In this document: piece after piece, positions 29,838-39,896 of the stretch | How positions within the stretch are numbered: the first letter of the stretch is position 1 | How the letters are laid out: every line of letters starts with the position of its first letter | Program-made: the position numbers and the translations under genes | Notes under the pieces: model-generated | What the model was told of the DNA's origin: nothing | Databases searched by the model: none | Seen by the model: the letters and a program-made list of their open reading frames with translations, nothing else | Assembly: GCA_047601445.1 (NCBI GenBank) | Contig: JASGJH010000001.1 | Location: forward strand, 7,520,001 to 7,584,000 | Direction of reading: 5' to 3' | Length of the DNA stretch: 64,000 nt | DNA from: Myxococcales bacterium | GTDB lineage: Bacteria > Myxococcota_A > Polyangia > Polyangiales > DASUME01

Positions 29838-30281
29838 GTGGAAAATCGCTTGGTATCGACGAACATTGCAATCACCCGCGTTGGAGGATTGCTCGTGACG
29901 TGCGTGGGCGCGGGCGATCCCTCGGACGCCGAGGTCGATCAGATGATCAAGCGCTTTGCGATGGCTGACTTCGAGAACCTCTTGTTCTCTGCGCGCAGCG
30001 GCGGGCCGAACTCCAAGCAACGAGCCCGCATCGCCGAGTACTGGAAGAGCACGCCCACCGGAAAGCCGCCGCGCACCGTGGTGATCTCCGACTCGGCGGC
30101 GGCGCGCTTCGTCACACAGGCCATCTCCTGGTTGCTCGGAGTGGACACCAAGTGCCTACCCTCCAAGGAGCTCGAGCAAGGCCTCGCTCATCTTGGCTGC
30201 AGCAACCTGTTCGCGGAGGTGGCGGGAACCATCGCCAGTCTGCACGCGGCCATCGAGTTCAAGGCCCGACGCACCGGCTGA
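29838..30281 (+). CDS. Small STAS/SEC14-like alpha-beta protein
   Basis: PSDAE, GGPNSKQRARI, VVISDS...RFV..AISWL pattern, typical of myxobacterial SpoIIAA-like proteins. Confidence 0.65.
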   Translation: MENRLVSTNIAITRVGGLLVTCVGAGDPSDAEVDQMIKRFAMADFENLLFSARSGGPNSKQRARIAEYWKSTPTGKPPRTVVISDSAAARFVTQAISWLLGVDTKCLPSKELEQGLAHLGCSNLFAEVAGTIASLHAAIEFKARRTG

Positions 30282-30285
30282 TTCG

Positions 30286-31464
30286 CTAGACGGCCACTGC
30301 GTCGATCACGTTGGTGGTGGGATACGGGAACAAGCGTGCGTTGGCGAAGCCGGTCGCGCGCAGCAGCGCCTCGAACTCCGCGAAGGAGCGCTCGCGCCCG
30401 TCCGAGCACACCATCATCATGTGGACGTCCACGAACGCAGGTACGTGGTCTGCATCGTGACGAGGCGTGAGGATCTCCACCAGGATGAGCCGTTGTCCTG
30501 GCTTCATCGCACGCCGCACGTTGCTCAAGATGAGCTTGGAGCGCTCGTCGTCCCAGTCGTGCAACACGTTCTTGAGCAGGTACGCATCGGCACCCTCGGG
30601 CACCGACTCGAAAAAGCTGCCAGGACGCAGCTCGACCCGGTCGGCTACGCCGCGCCGCGCGAGTAGTTCTCTCGCCGACTCCAGGACGCCCGCTCCATCG
30701 ACGAGCACGCCGCGTAGCTGCGGATAGCGCACGAGCAACTCGGACATCAAGGTCCCGCGCCCGCCGCCGACGTCGCACAGGGTGCGGATTTCGTGGAACG
30801 GGTAGAGCGTCGCGACGGCCGGCGCGTCCTGCACCGTGATGCCCATCATCGCCTGGGCGAACATCTCGCGCTCGTCGGGGTGGCCATCGAACCACTGCCA
30901 GATATCCATGCCGAATACGCGCTCGAAGGCGTTTTGGCCCGTACGCAGCGTACGCTCGAGGTCGTTCCAGGCGGCGACATTCGATTGCGAGCCGAAGTAG
31001 GTGGCCCACTCGCGCATGCGGTCCAGGCGCCCGCCCTTCAGGGCGCGGGAGAGATGGTTGTTCGCGAAGCGACCATCGGGCAGGGTCCGAAGAATCCCCA
31101 CAGACACCAGCGTCCGCATGACGCGCAGCATGGGGTCGGCCTTCGTACGGGTCTCCCGCGCGAGCTCCTCGGCAGTTCGCGGGCTCGTTTCCAGCAGGTC
31201 GGCGATTCCGAGGCGTGCCACCACCGAGATCATCGACGTGTAGACCAGCCCCAAGGAGCGCTCCATCACCACGATGTGCGGCGGAGTCACCAGGTCCGCG
31301 AGCCGCAGCAGCGCACGCCTGAGTCCCATGCCAAAGCGCAGCAAGAATGCCGGCGGCGCATTCGGCAGGGGCTTGGGGCCCAGGTCGACTGGGCTGCTCG
31401 AGGGCGGCGGAAGACGGTCGCGTGGTACTGCTGGGATCGGGAGGGCAGGTTGCGGCTCGTGCAT
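30286..31464 (-). CDS. SAM-dependent O-methyltransferase (dimerisation + methyltransferase-2 domain)
   Basis: LGIADLL, LCDVGGGRG, GSFFESVP, YLLKNVLHDWDD, GRERS. Confidence 0.92.
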   Translation of the reverse strand: MHEPQPALPIPAVPRDRLPPPSSSPVDLGPKPLPNAPPAFLLRFGMGLRRALLRLADLVTPPHIVVMERSLGLVYTSMISVVARLGIADLLETSPRTAEELARETRTKADPMLRVMRTLVSVGILRTLPDGRFANNHLSRALKGGRLDRMREWATYFGSQSNVAAWNDLERTLRTGQNAFERVFGMDIWQWFDGHPDEREMFAQAMMGITVQDAPAVATLYPFHEIRTLCDVGGGRGTLMSELLVRYPQLRGVLVDGAGVLESARELLARRGVADRVELRPGSFFESVPEGADAYLLKNVLHDWDDERSKLILSNVRRAMKPGQRLILVEILTPRHDADHVPAFVDVHMMMVCSDGRERSFAEFEALLRATGFANARLFPYPTTNVIDAVAV

Positions 31465-31597
31465 GCGTTCGACTGTAAGACGACTTGCGCCCGAACCGCT
31501 AGAGAGCTGCTCCCAGGCCGACGCGAGTTGCGGCGATGAGCTCGCGTGAGCGCTCGATGTCTCGCGCGGACAGGCAACCCATGCCGGCTCTCGGCGC

Positions 31598-31630
31598 AAA
31601 GAAAAAGCCGGTCAGCATCAGCTAACCGGC
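31598..31630 (-). terminator. Rho-independent terminator
   Basis: Minus strand GCCGGTTAGC-TGAT-GCTGACCGGC followed by TTTTTCTTT, downstream of gene 31708-32712. Confidence 0.8.
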
Positions 31631-31707
31631 CTTCGCGAATCAGAGGAGGTCGGATCGAGGTCAGCTCTGTCGCTGCCGACCCATGTGATGCAGCCCTCTG
31701 AGCTGGA

Positions 31708-32712
31708 TCACTTCGTGGGAGCGGCAGGGGCCGCAGGCACGGTCGCAGTCGCCTGCAGCGGCGCGGCTGGCTTCGGAGTGACCACAGGCGCGATCGCGGG
31801 CTTTGCGGCAGCCGGCTGTGCAGGCGCGGCGGCCACGGGGGCCGCTGCGGGCTTCGCGGCAGCCGGCTGTGCGGGCGCGGCGGCGACAGGAGCAGGAGCG
31901 ACCGCGGGCTTCGCAGCAGCGGGCTGTGCAGGCGTGGCGGGAGCCGGCTGCGCGGGTGCAGCAGCGACCGGCTGAGCCGCCGGCTGGGCAGCCGGGGCGG
32001 CCGCAGGAGCAGGAGCTGCGCTCGCGGCGAGCTTGGCTTCCTTCTCGGCCTTGGCAGCGGCGAGCTTGGCTTCCTTCTCGGCCTTGGCAGCGGCGAGCTT
32101 CGCCTCCTGCTCGGCCTTGGCGGCAGCAGCCTTGGCTTCCTTCTCGGCCTTTGCGGCGGCGAGCTTCGCCTCCCTGTCGGCCTTGGCAGCGGCGACCTTG
32201 TCGTCGCGCTCCTTCTTCTTCTGTGCGGCGTCAGCCTTCTTGCGCTCGCTCTCGAGCTTGGCCTGAGCGGTCTTCAGCGCGGCCTTGGCCTTGAAGGCCG
32301 CCTTCTGCGCATCGGCCTGCGCCTTCTTCGCGTCGGCGAGCTGTGTCTCCGCAGTGGTCAGGTTCTGCTTGGTTGCGGTCGCCTGTGCGTCCGCGTCGGT
32401 AGCCGCCTTCTCGGCCGTGGTCAGCTCCGCTTGCGCGGTGGCGACGGCGTCGCCGCTCGCAGCTGGCTGTGCGGCGGTCGCGGGTGCGGGCTGGCCGGCC
32501 GGAGCTGGCGCAGCAGGCGTTGCGGTGGCTTGTGCACCGGGCGCGGCAGTCGGCGCAGCCGGGGTCACAGCCGCTTGAGGCTCACCACCCGCGGCCGCAG
32601 TCGCCGCCGGCGTGCCTTGGCTCGCAGCGGGCGTCGAAGCATTGACTGCGCAGCCGCCGAGAGCGAGCAAGAGAACACACGAGACCAGCGTTGCCTTGGA
32701 CTTGCAGAACAT
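31708..32712 (-). CDS. Ala/Lys/Pro-rich low-complexity lipoprotein (TolA-like coiled coil)
   Basis: LGGC lipobox and GGGAGG RBS. EAKLAAAKAEK 11-aa repeats and PVAAAPAQPAAAK repeats. Confidence 0.8.
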   Translation of the reverse strand: MFCKSKATLVSCVLLLALGGCAVNASTPAASQGTPAATAAAGGEPQAAVTPAAPTAAPGAQATATPAAPAPAGQPAPATAAQPAASGDAVATAQAELTTAEKAATDADAQATATKQNLTTAETQLADAKKAQADAQKAAFKAKAALKTAQAKLESERKKADAAQKKKERDDKVAAAKADREAKLAAAKAEKEAKAAAAKAEQEAKLAAAKAEKEAKLAAAKAEKEAKLAASAAPAPAAAPAAQPAAQPVAAAPAQPAPATPAQPAAAKPAVAPAPVAAAPAQPAAAKPAAAPVAAAPAQPAAAKPAIAPVVTPKPAAPLQATATVPAAPAAPTK

Positions 32713-33245
32713 GAAAGAACCCTCCCTGGCCCTGCGAGCGCGCGCGTAACGCAATGTCGAGCATTCACGCGTTCCCCAAGGCGAGGGCGCGACCCTAACC
32801 CAAAAACCGTCTCTGCGGTCAGTAACAAGAGCGAAGCTCGAGCCATGACAGCCCTGGTCGAACTTGGTGGCCGCTTTGAAATCGGGCGCGGAAAATCAGG
32901 CCACAAGTCAGCGTTGCTAACGGCGCGCGCTTTTCACGCGATCGTCGCGCTGGCAGGGGCTCGTGACGCCTCTCCGTCTTTCGTCTAAGACCTCTGTAAG
33001 ATGTTGTAATTGTGCGCCAAAATCGACAGGCGTTGAGCCTGGTTCTCCGCGCAGTTTCCCGCTCCCGTGGGTCCCCCATTTGGAGTGGGGAAAGCGATCG
33101 AGACGGGCCAGGCTCGGGAAGGTCACGATCACGGCTCGGAAAGTCAACGCGTTGAGGTGCGAGAAGGAGCGCGATGGTCTCCCGGACGACCGTTGGTCGT
33201 AGGTCGACCGCACGATCGCCGTCCGTGACAAGCTGGTGGCGAGCC

Positions 33246-34136
33246 ATGACCGTCGAGCTCCCGTCCATCGCGTCATTGAGAGCGTTCGCAGTCACGGCGA
33301 GGAGTCTCAGCTTCAAGCAAGCCTCCGCCGAGCTGCACCTGTCACCATCTGCCCTGAGCCGCCAAGTCGCTGCACTCGAAGAGCACCTTGGTGTCGTGCT
33401 GTTTCAACGCCTCCATGCCGGCCTCGCCATCACGGTCGAGGGGGCGCTGTACTTGGAGGCGGTCACGTCCTGCTTGAACGAACTGGAACGGGCCCAAGAG
33501 CGTATCGGACGGGCCCTCCTGGGGCCGGTACGCGTGAGCGCCCTGGAGTCGTTTTGCGAGAGCTGGCTCGTACCGCAGCTTCCGGACTTCGAACGCTTGC
33601 ACCCAACGATCGAGCTCCAACTGGACACCACCGTGCGGCACGCGGACTTCGAGCGCGACAGTGTGGATGTCGCCATCCGCTTTGGAAGGGGGCCTTGGGA
33701 CGGTTTGCACTCCGAACCGATCATGGATTTGACCGTCTTCTGCGTGTGCAGTCCGGCGTTGCGCGATGCCAACCCTCCACTGCGGCATCCCGCCGATCTC
33801 GCGCAGCATACGCTCATCCACGTGACCCAGGTACCGGACGCGTGGCCGGACTATCTGCGGGCTGCCGGTGTGGCGGGGCTTACGCCGCGCCGCAACCTGA
33901 CCTTCGACCACGCTGGGCTCGCGCTCAGCGCAGCCGAGAGCGGACAGGGCGTCGCGCTCACGACCGGTATCCTCTGTGAGAAGCGCCTCGCAGAGCAGAA
34001 GCTTTGCAAACCGTTCGCGCTGACCGTGCCGACGCCGCTGACCTACCACTTCGTTTGTAGACCGGCGGGGCTCTCGGACCCCCGCATCACCGCGCTGCGG
34101 GACTGGCTGGTCGATAGCTGCGCCAGCTACGGCTGA
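33246..34136 (+). CDS. LysR-family regulator (GcvA-like)
   Basis: LPSIASLRAF...SFKQAS.EL.LSPSALSRQV..LEEHLG, DVAIRFG.G.W.GL, GQGVAL. Confidence 0.93.
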   Translation: MTVELPSIASLRAFAVTARSLSFKQASAELHLSPSALSRQVAALEEHLGVVLFQRLHAGLAITVEGALYLEAVTSCLNELERAQERIGRALLGPVRVSALESFCESWLVPQLPDFERLHPTIELQLDTTVRHADFERDSVDVAIRFGRGPWDGLHSEPIMDLTVFCVCSPALRDANPPLRHPADLAQHTLIHVTQVPDAWPDYLRAAGVAGLTPRRNLTFDHAGLALSAAESGQGVALTTGILCEKRLAEQKLCKPFALTVPTPLTYHFVCRPAGLSDPRITALRDWLVDSCASYG

Positions 34137-34141
34137 CCCGG

Positions 34142-34162
34142 CGCGTGCAGGAAATGCACGCG
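34142..34162. promoter_or_regulatory. Putative LysR operator (T-N11-A dyad)
   Basis: CGCGTGCA-GGAAA-TGCACGCG, followed by a second half-similar GCGTGCAGAAT site. Confidence 0.55.
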
Positions 34163-34270
34163 GGCGTGCAGAATCCTCGCGTGCTTCGGGGGGGCGCCGT
34201 CCACTACGTTGACCTCATGCGGGGTCAACGTGTTCCGAGCTCAGATTCGTCCCTTGCAGCGGGAGCCGCG

Positions 34271-34798
34271 ATGGCGGCGCCCGACGGGCCGAGGCCTCAG
34301 CTCCACTTCGAGGCTGGCAGGCGCTCGCGCGGGGTTTCGATCGATTGGCAGCGGACGCTAGAGCTATGGGCTTTCGGTGCGCTGAAGGTTCCGTTGATTT
34401 TCTTCGTACGTCCGGAGGTCCTGCGCCTCGATCACGACGAGGTCTTGCTTCGCGTGCGTCTACGCCGGGGCACGGCCAATCACTACGGCACGATGTTCTT
34501 CGGTGCGCTGGCCATTGGCGCGGACGTCGTGCCTGGTGTGCTCGCCGTCGCCACCGGGCGGGCGCAGAAGTGTCGGGTATCCATCCTGATCAAGAGCGCC
34601 AACTTCACGCTGCGACGCGGGGTCTCATCACACGTCTTGCTGAAGTGCACCCAGGGACCGCTGATGGCCGAGCTGGTAGCGCGGTCACTCGAAAGCGGTC
34701 GACCAACCACTGGAGAGCTGGAGATCGACGCCATCCTCGAGACCACGTCCGAAGCGGTGGCGAGCTTCCGGATGGGCGTGTCCGTCAAGGCGGTTTAG
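34271..34798 (+). CDS. Hot-dog fold (DUF4442/PaaI-like) protein
   Basis: KVPLIFFVRP, NHYGTMFFGALAIGAD. Start at 34271 (GGGAG RBS) or 34217. Confidence 0.75.
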   Translation: MAAPDGPRPQLHFEAGRRSRGVSIDWQRTLELWAFGALKVPLIFFVRPEVLRLDHDEVLLRVRLRRGTANHYGTMFFGALAIGADVVPGVLAVATGRAQKCRVSILIKSANFTLRRGVSSHVLLKCTQGPLMAELVARSLESGRPTTGELEIDAILETTSEAVASFRMGVSVKAV

Positions 34799-34846
34799 GC
34801 CGGCGAGCTTGCGCTCTAGCCGGCCGATGGGCGCGCTGTCTCCGTG

Positions 34847-35446
34847 CTACTCGGAGAGCGTCTCGCAGAGGTTCTCGATGTGGCCCGAAAGCTCGAAGTC
34901 GACAGCGAAGACCCCTCCATTGAAGACGTATTCCACGTCCACATGGCCATTCGCCACGGTGAGCCCGGGGAAAGTCGAAGTGCCGAAGTAGCGCTCCGCC
35001 GCTTCGGCGAGGTTGCGCTGGCTCACCGGTCCGAAGAAGAAGTAGTTCGTTCCCTCGCCTTCGTAGTGAAGAGGAAGGTCATTGCTGTCGAGGGTCTCGG
35101 TGTACGGGCCACCGACGTTACGCGTGACGGTCTTGCCCGACGTGTCGTTCTTGAACTCCACGACGAGGGTGCCAGTACCGCGTCGGACCTTCGTTCCGTC
35201 CTCGAGGATCGTCTCTTTGACGATGTACTCGTTGCTCTTCACAGCCCGGATCGACACCGGAAAGGCGCAACGTCCCCCAATGCCCTCGCCCTCCCTCGGT
35301 ATGACCGCCTCCTGCTTTCGCAACCCCTCCACCTGGCCCGTCGGCTCAGCCGACGGTTCGTCGGCGCAACCTGCGACAGGCGCGCCCAGCATCAGCGCCG
35401 CCACGGCAGCCATCCGCCGAGCGAGATCCCCCCTCGTTCCGTTCAT
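34847..35446 (-). CDS. Hypothetical lipoprotein (beta-rich, two further Cys)
   Basis: VAGC lipobox and GGGAG RBS. CAFPV...NLCETLS. Confidence 0.75.
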   Translation of the reverse strand: MNGTRGDLARRMAAVAALMLGAPVAGCADEPSAEPTGQVEGLRKQEAVIPREGEGIGGRCAFPVSIRAVKSNEYIVKETILEDGTKVRRGTGTLVVEFKNDTSGKTVTRNVGGPYTETLDSNDLPLHYEGEGTNYFFFGPVSQRNLAEAAERYFGTSTFPGLTVANGHVDVEYVFNGGVFAVDFELSGHIENLCETLSE

Positions 35447-35707
35447 ACGAACTCCCTTCCCTCTGTCTTACTGTGTATGAACCTGACACGGAGATCGTGG
35501 GCGCGACAGGAAGGATGGGCCGTGCGCGGATCGTTGCTGTGGTGGCGCTTGAAAAGCGCCTTTTCGGCGTCTCGCTGGCCGACCGATGCGCAAATCAACG
35601 TGTCGCGTTCGCCGTGGTTCGCACCAGAGACTGCCTGCGATCTTGCTGGTGACACTCATGGTTTGTTCATGAGTGGTCTGCAGAATGTTCAGCGTTTGTC
35701 TGCGTGC

Positions 35708-36829
35708 TCAGACGTAGCGGGTGAGCCAGTTGTCGTGGCGCCGCTTGTAGCCCTGGTACCAGCGGCACAAGGGGTACATCGCCAGCACCAGCAGCGCGGC
35801 GCCGAGCAAGGCGCCCGGGATCCCTAGCTTGCCCATGGTGGCGGTCACCATGGCGGCGAGGATGAGTACGTAGAAGTGGAGCATGTAGAAGAAGAGCGCG
35901 GTCTGCCCAAACACTGTAAGAGCCCTGAACTCGTACCTCTGGCGCTGCGCCCAGGCGAAGGCTGCGAGGAACAGGCCCAGGATGGCGAACTCCAGCCCCA
36001 AGAACGCGAGGCTCGGAGGGTTCTTCGACACGTTGAGCCACTGCTGCAGACTGTCGTCGAGCCGCGGTGCGCCGGCGTTGCCGAATCCGTTGGCGGCTCG
36101 CAGCGCGACGAACAGCGCAAACAAGGGGACCAAGGTCCGTAGCGCAGCATGGGTGAGACGGATCAGCGCAGTCGCCTCGTCGTGGCTCGGATCCAGGACG
36201 AACTCGCCCCAGAGAAAGCCGACTACCATGACGCCGATCCAAGGCGCGATGGGATACTGAATGAACCAGCTAGGCGAGGCCGGTCCCCCTTCGTAAAGGA
36301 TGCGTGCCGCCCAGGCGGGCAGGACTCCGGAACCGAACAGCTCGGGCGTGAGGATGAGACCGAGCGCGAGCACAGCCAGCGCTGGCCGACGCAGGTGTCG
36401 AAGGAGACCGAGTACCATCATCGCGCTGCCGATCGCCGTGAGCACGTCCAAGCGGAAGTTCTCGTAGCCGCCGAGGAGATTCAGCCACACGATGTCGATG
36501 AGCAGGATCACCAGGCCGCGCGAAGTGATGAAGCGACCGATCTCGCCCCGCGTTGCGCCCCTGGCAGCCTTCTGCCTGGCAAGCATCGAGATGGAGCAAC
36601 CGGCGAGGAACACGAAGGCGACCGGGCAGACGTGAGTGATCCAGCGCAGGAAAAACTGGTCCGGAGGAAAAGACGTGGCCCCTGCTGTGAGGTTGCGACT
36701 CCCCGGCGTCACCCGGCCGCGATTCAAGACCCCCGACGCGTGATCGACGGCCATCAGGATCATCACCAGGCCGCGCGTCCAGTCGATCGGCAGTAGACGC
36801 TGGCTACGTGGCGTTGTGGGCTCGCGCAT
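35708..36829 (-). CDS. DUF1624/HGSNAT-like multi-pass membrane protein (putative acyltransferase)
   Basis: IDWTRGLVMILMAVDH, RWITHVCP..FVFLAG, KNPPSLAF, FGQTALFFYMLH. Confidence 0.85.
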   Translation of the reverse strand: MREPTTPRSQRLLPIDWTRGLVMILMAVDHASGVLNRGRVTPGSRNLTAGATSFPPDQFFLRWITHVCPVAFVFLAGCSISMLARQKAARGATRGEIGRFITSRGLVILLIDIVWLNLLGGYENFRLDVLTAIGSAMMVLGLLRHLRRPALAVLALGLILTPELFGSGVLPAWAARILYEGGPASPSWFIQYPIAPWIGVMVVGFLWGEFVLDPSHDEATALIRLTHAALRTLVPLFALFVALRAANGFGNAGAPRLDDSLQQWLNVSKNPPSLAFLGLEFAILGLFLAAFAWAQRQRYEFRALTVFGQTALFFYMLHFYVLILAAMVTATMGKLGIPGALLGAALLVLAMYPLCRWYQGYKRRHDNWLTRYV

Positions 36830-36878
36830 GTCCGGAGGCTAGCGCGAGTAGCCCTCTGAGGTGTAGTCTCCGGCCGGC

Positions 36879-37760
36879 GTGGATTGGGATGACGTACGCC
36901 ATTTTCTCGCCCTTGCTCGCACCGGCTCGGTGCGTGCTGCCGGTTCGCAGCTCGGAGTGAGCCACTCGACCGTGGCGCGGCGGGTCGAGGCCCTCGAGAC
37001 GCGGCTCGGCGTGAAGCTGTTCGACCGGCACCGCGACGGGTACATGCTGACGCAGGCCGGGCACGAGATGGTCGCCGGCGCAGAGCGCGTGGAGCGGGAG
37101 ATCATCGCCCTGGAGCGTGGCCTCGCCGGGCAAGACGCTCGGCTCGAGGGGCCCGTGCGGGTGACCTGCACCGACCCGTTCATGGCGAAGATCCTGCTCC
37201 GCGCACTGGCCGGACTCTGCGAGTCCCATCCTGGCATCGAACTCGAGCTGGGCGCCAACCCCAAGAACCTGGATCTATCTAAACGCGAGGCCGATGTCGC
37301 GGTGCGCGCGCTCTTGCCGAACGCGGTCCCGCCGGAACACTTGATCGGACGGCGGCTCGTCCCCATCACCCTGTGCAGCTACATCGCAAGCACGCACGCG
37401 ACCCGCTTCGACCCCGAGCACAGCGCGGGGCGCCTACGTTGGCTCGGATCCAACACGAGCAAGCTCGACGAGGAGAAGGTTGCTTCCTCGAGCTACCCGG
37501 AGGTTCCGCTGTGGGGCTCCTTCGAGTCGATGGCGGTCATGATCGAGGCTGCGCACGCGGGCCTCGGCATGGTGATGTTGCCGACCTATGTAGGCGATGC
37601 GGACCCGGGCCTGGCGCGCCTGCCCAAGCCTGACCTGCGACACGTCGCAGATTTCTGGCTCCTCAGTCATGGCGACCTTCGGGACAACAAGCGTCTGCGT
37701 GCCACGCGCGACTGCATCAGCGCGACGTTGACCGAGCAGGCCGCCCTGTTTCGCGGCTAG
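36879..37760 (+). CDS. LysR-family regulator
   Basis: DWDDVRHFLALARTGSVRAAG..LGVSHSTVARRV..LE, DLSKREADVAVR. Confidence 0.93.
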   Translation: MDWDDVRHFLALARTGSVRAAGSQLGVSHSTVARRVEALETRLGVKLFDRHRDGYMLTQAGHEMVAGAERVEREIIALERGLAGQDARLEGPVRVTCTDPFMAKILLRALAGLCESHPGIELELGANPKNLDLSKREADVAVRALLPNAVPPEHLIGRRLVPITLCSYIASTHATRFDPEHSAGRLRWLGSNTSKLDEEKVASSSYPEVPLWGSFESMAVMIEAAHAGLGMVMLPTYVGDADPGLARLPKPDLRHVADFWLLSHGDLRDNKRLRATRDCISATLTEQAALFRG

Positions 37761-37874
37761 GCCGATAGGTCGAAGCGGGCGCACCTCGGGGGCGAGAGCT
37801 GGAGCAAAACTGCGCTCCTGCGTCACGAAAGTAGACCGAGCATGGCTGCACCGCTTACGTAGAATCGTCCCTTC

Positions 37875-38507
37875 ATGAGGAACACCGAAGCCAAGTTTTG
37901 GGACGACATTGCCGAGAAGTACGCCAAGAAGCCGGTGGCCAACGTCCAGGCCTTCGAGCGCAAGAAGGCCATCACCCGCGAGCAGCTGCGACCCGATTCC
38001 AAGGTCCTCGAGATCGGCTGCGGCACGGGCTCGCTCGCCCTGGACCTGTCGCGCTTCGCCGGCCACATCCATGCCATGGACCTCTCGGCCGAGATGATCC
38101 GCATCGGCGAGCAGAAAAAGAGAACCCAAGGCGTAACCAACGTCACCTTCCACGAGGGCACCCTCGACGGCCAGCTCCCCTTCCCAGGCGAGCGCTTCGA
38201 TAGTGTGTGGGCCTACTCCGTCTTCCATCTAGTTCGCGACCGCAAGCGTACGCTCGAGACCCTGTTCGACATTCTCGAGCCCGGCGGCTCTCTCATCTCA
38301 TCGAACATCTGCCTCGGCGACTCATGGGTGCCCTACGGCCCCGTCATCACGGTGATGCGCTGGTTCGGCAAGGCGCCTGTCGTCCATACCTACGACCGCG
38401 CCACGATTCACCGCGAGATGCGTGAGGCCGGTTTCGTCGACATCGAGGAGAAAGAGGTGGGCGCCGGGAAGACGGTCGCGTTCATCGTGGCGAAGAAGCC
38501 AAGCTAG
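37875..38507 (+). CDS. Class I SAM-dependent methyltransferase
   Basis: FWDDIAEKYAKKP, VLEIGCGTG, DLSAEMI, LEPGG. Confidence 0.92.
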   Translation: MRNTEAKFWDDIAEKYAKKPVANVQAFERKKAITREQLRPDSKVLEIGCGTGSLALDLSRFAGHIHAMDLSAEMIRIGEQKKRTQGVTNVTFHEGTLDGQLPFPGERFDSVWAYSVFHLVRDRKRTLETLFDILEPGGSLISSNICLGDSWVPYGPVITVMRWFGKAPVVHTYDRATIHREMREAGFVDIEEKEVGAGKTVAFIVAKKPS

Positions 38508-38561
38508 GACTTCATACGCATTTTCGTTGAACACCCGGGCCGCCTGCGGGCACCCAGGTGC

Positions 38562-39743
38562 ATGAAGATCGGGTACCAAGGCAACTGGATCGGGTTGGAG
38601 CGCGTAATTCGTCGTGGGGCGCTGGCCTTCGTGCTGGCCGGTAGCGCCATCGGTTGCAACGACGACGAGCACCAGGATGACCCGCGGGAAGTCTCGAACG
38701 AAGACACTGCGCTGCTCGGATCGGAGCTGCGCACGCTGGCGGAGCAGGATCTCCAGGAAATGCAGGCCCTCGGTATGGGGATCACGGTGCAGTTGGCAGA
38801 CGGTCGTCTCGTCGAGGTCGCCGCCGGACGCATCGGCCCGAACGCCACGGACCCGCTGTACGACGTGGGAGCGACCCGGCAAATCCTGGGCAGCGTCACC
38901 AAGCTCTACACGGCCACCATGATCATGCAGCTCGTGGAGGAGGGTAGCCTCAGCCTGGACGACACCCTCGAGCCGTGGTTCTCGATTCCGAAGGCCGACG
39001 CGATCACGGTGCGCATGCTGCTGAGCCACACCAGCGGTCTGCGCGAGTGCCTCGAGGCGCTCACGCAGGAGGAAACTGCACAGCCATGGACGCCCATGCA
39101 GCTGCTGGACAAGGCGGTCGCGCTAGGCCCCTGGGCCGAGCCAGGCGGGAACGTCGCGCGCTACGCCAACACCAACTTCCTCGTGCTGGCCATGCTGCTC
39201 GAGAAGCTGACGGGAACCTCCTGGGAGCAGAACGTTCACACGCGCATCACCACGCCGCTCGGGCTCGTGCACACGGGCTCAGCTACCGAGCCGGGCGGTC
39301 GCGGCGATCTCGTCGAAGGCTGGTTGCACACGGAAGAGACGGGCTGGACCGCTGCCCTGGCCCTGACTGACCCGTCCGTCGGCTGGGGATACGGAGCGAT
39401 GGCCGCCACCAATCGAGAGCTCGCGCGATTCACCAAGGCCCTGTTTGCAGGAGAGCTGTTCGAGTCGCCGAGCACCCTGGCGCAGATGCGGCAGTTCGAC
39501 GCCGAGATCGACCCAACGTTGCTGTCGGACGGAGAACCGCCGTATCGCGTGGGCCTGGGCATGGTGCGCTACGAGATCGACGACTTGCAGCTCGAAGGTC
39601 ACGTCGGACACGTCGTTGGGTTCAACAGCGCGACCTTCCACGACCCTGCAACGGGTTCGCTGATCAGCGTGACCTCCAACGACGAAGACGAAGTGGCGGG
39701 GCTAACCGCCGTGAAGGTGGCGCAGCACCTCCGAAGCCGGTAG
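38562..39743 (+). CDS. Serine hydrolase, beta-lactamase/D-Ala-D-Ala carboxypeptidase family (lipoprotein)
   Basis: SxxK (GSVTK), LLSHTSG, YxN (YAN), GHVG. AIGC lipobox-like. Confidence 0.9.
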   Translation: MKIGYQGNWIGLERVIRRGALAFVLAGSAIGCNDDEHQDDPREVSNEDTALLGSELRTLAEQDLQEMQALGMGITVQLADGRLVEVAAGRIGPNATDPLYDVGATRQILGSVTKLYTATMIMQLVEEGSLSLDDTLEPWFSIPKADAITVRMLLSHTSGLRECLEALTQEETAQPWTPMQLLDKAVALGPWAEPGGNVARYANTNFLVLAMLLEKLTGTSWEQNVHTRITTPLGLVHTGSATEPGGRGDLVEGWLHTEETGWTAALALTDPSVGWGYGAMAATNRELARFTKALFAGELFESPSTLAQMRQFDAEIDPTLLSDGEPPYRVGLGMVRYEIDDLQLEGHVGHVVGFNSATFHDPATGSLISVTSNDEDEVAGLTAVKVAQHLRSR

Positions 39744-39896
39744 TTTGCTCGCGCCACGCTCACCGCGAAGCTGGTGGGGACGGTCTCGGCGCAGCCTATT
39801 GCGGAAAGAGTAAGGTCGCGGGCGCGGAACGGCTCTGAGGTTGGTTCACCCCGAGCGTGCGTGCATTTTTCGCGTCCACTCTGCGTTCATGGCTGG

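Noticed and set aside
32780..33240. Long intergenic gap considered for an ncRNA or small gene
   Set aside because: No recognisable riboswitch, tRNA or convincing ORF by eye; an Rfam search would be needed.
30286..38507. O-methyltransferase, hot-dog protein, acyltransferase-like protein and methyltransferase as a biosynthetic cluster
   Set aside because: No core synthase or precursor peptide, mixed orientations and separate regulators.
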